Positions 63,440 through 64,000 of a stretch of 64,000 nt of DNA are shown piece by piece; the first letter of the stretch is position 1; every line of letters starts with the position of its first letter. Source of the DNA: Dipteris shenzhenensis (Eukaryota); assembly GCA_047967505.1 (NCBI GenBank), contig CM106538.1. One strand, given 5' to 3'. The notes beneath the pieces were generated by a model. The model saw only the letters and a list, made by a program, of their open reading frames with translations, was not told the origin of the DNA and ran no database searches. The translations under genes and the position numbers were made by a program.

Positions 63440-64000
63440 CGAATGGATCCCCACTCAGCCAATCTTCGTCCACTTCCACCGTCCACGAGAATCGTCATTT
63501 TTTTAGAAGACGAGTTGTAGCAGCTCAAGAAAGATGTGGAACTAGAGGGCTCCACATCTCTTTTCGCGCGCATCTTTGGGTCACACCCTTCCAGATCACA
63601 GACTAGAGACTAGATGTTGGCGGCGTTACCAGGAGATCTCGCCCCATACCTCAGAGATGTTCGACTTTTGGGACGTGGATTCTTCCAAGTGATTTTCGAC
63701 TCCCACGAGTCCACAGCCCTTGTTCTCAAAGCTAATCCTTTGGCTTTGGGTTCGAGGAGGAATTTTCTTTTGCCCTACACCTTGGGCTTCGATCCGATCG
63801 AGGAGGACAGTCAGGTCACATCACTGTTCATCAGATTTCCTGGTCTTTCTCAGGTCTACCATCGACTTCTTGCTACTATCAGAGCCACATTCGGAGTGTT
63901 CACTAAGATTCCCCTCGTTCCTGACATGCCTTCTTCCTCGGCAGAGCAGTCAGAGCGGACGGGGTGCCTCGAGTTAGGGTCATTGTCTCTGATCCTAATA
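63440..64000 (+). mobile_element. Decayed L1 ORF1-like 5' fragment
   Basis: Hand translation VRLLGRGFFQVIF and GFDP...LFIRFPGL resembles plant L1 ORF1 (DUF4283-type); stops present. Confidence 0.5.

Overview
Repeat-rich land-plant nuclear DNA; the intron sizes and repeat mix suggest a fern or other non-seed plant, but the species cannot be fixed from sequence alone. The only host gene is a + strand chaperonin CCT5 (TCP-1 epsilon). Six coding exons (13394-13592, 43045-43363, 43614-43962, 57588-57720, 57828-57880, 60444-60546) join in frame, and the 3' exons lie beyond the window. Introns 1 (29.5 kb) and 3 (13.6 kb) are filled with nested transposons: a fragmented chromoviral Gypsy, a young full-length Copia, solo LTRs, a hAT-type MITE, L1 pieces and many RTEX-like LINEs stacked in microsatellites. 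Upstream lie a Helitron-like element with a captured LRR fragment and a chimeric block that copies parts of CCT5 exon 1/intron 1. The standout is an unannotated ~559-nt non-coding, hairpin-rich retroelement with 8 copies or fragments. Its 3' end is fixed, its 5' ends vary, three insertions have 11-14 bp target-site duplications, and one insertion is longer than one unit (head-to-tail). This pattern is expected from reverse transcription of a circular or multimeric RNA (retrozyme/non-autonomous Penelope-like behaviour), although I found no intact known ribozyme.
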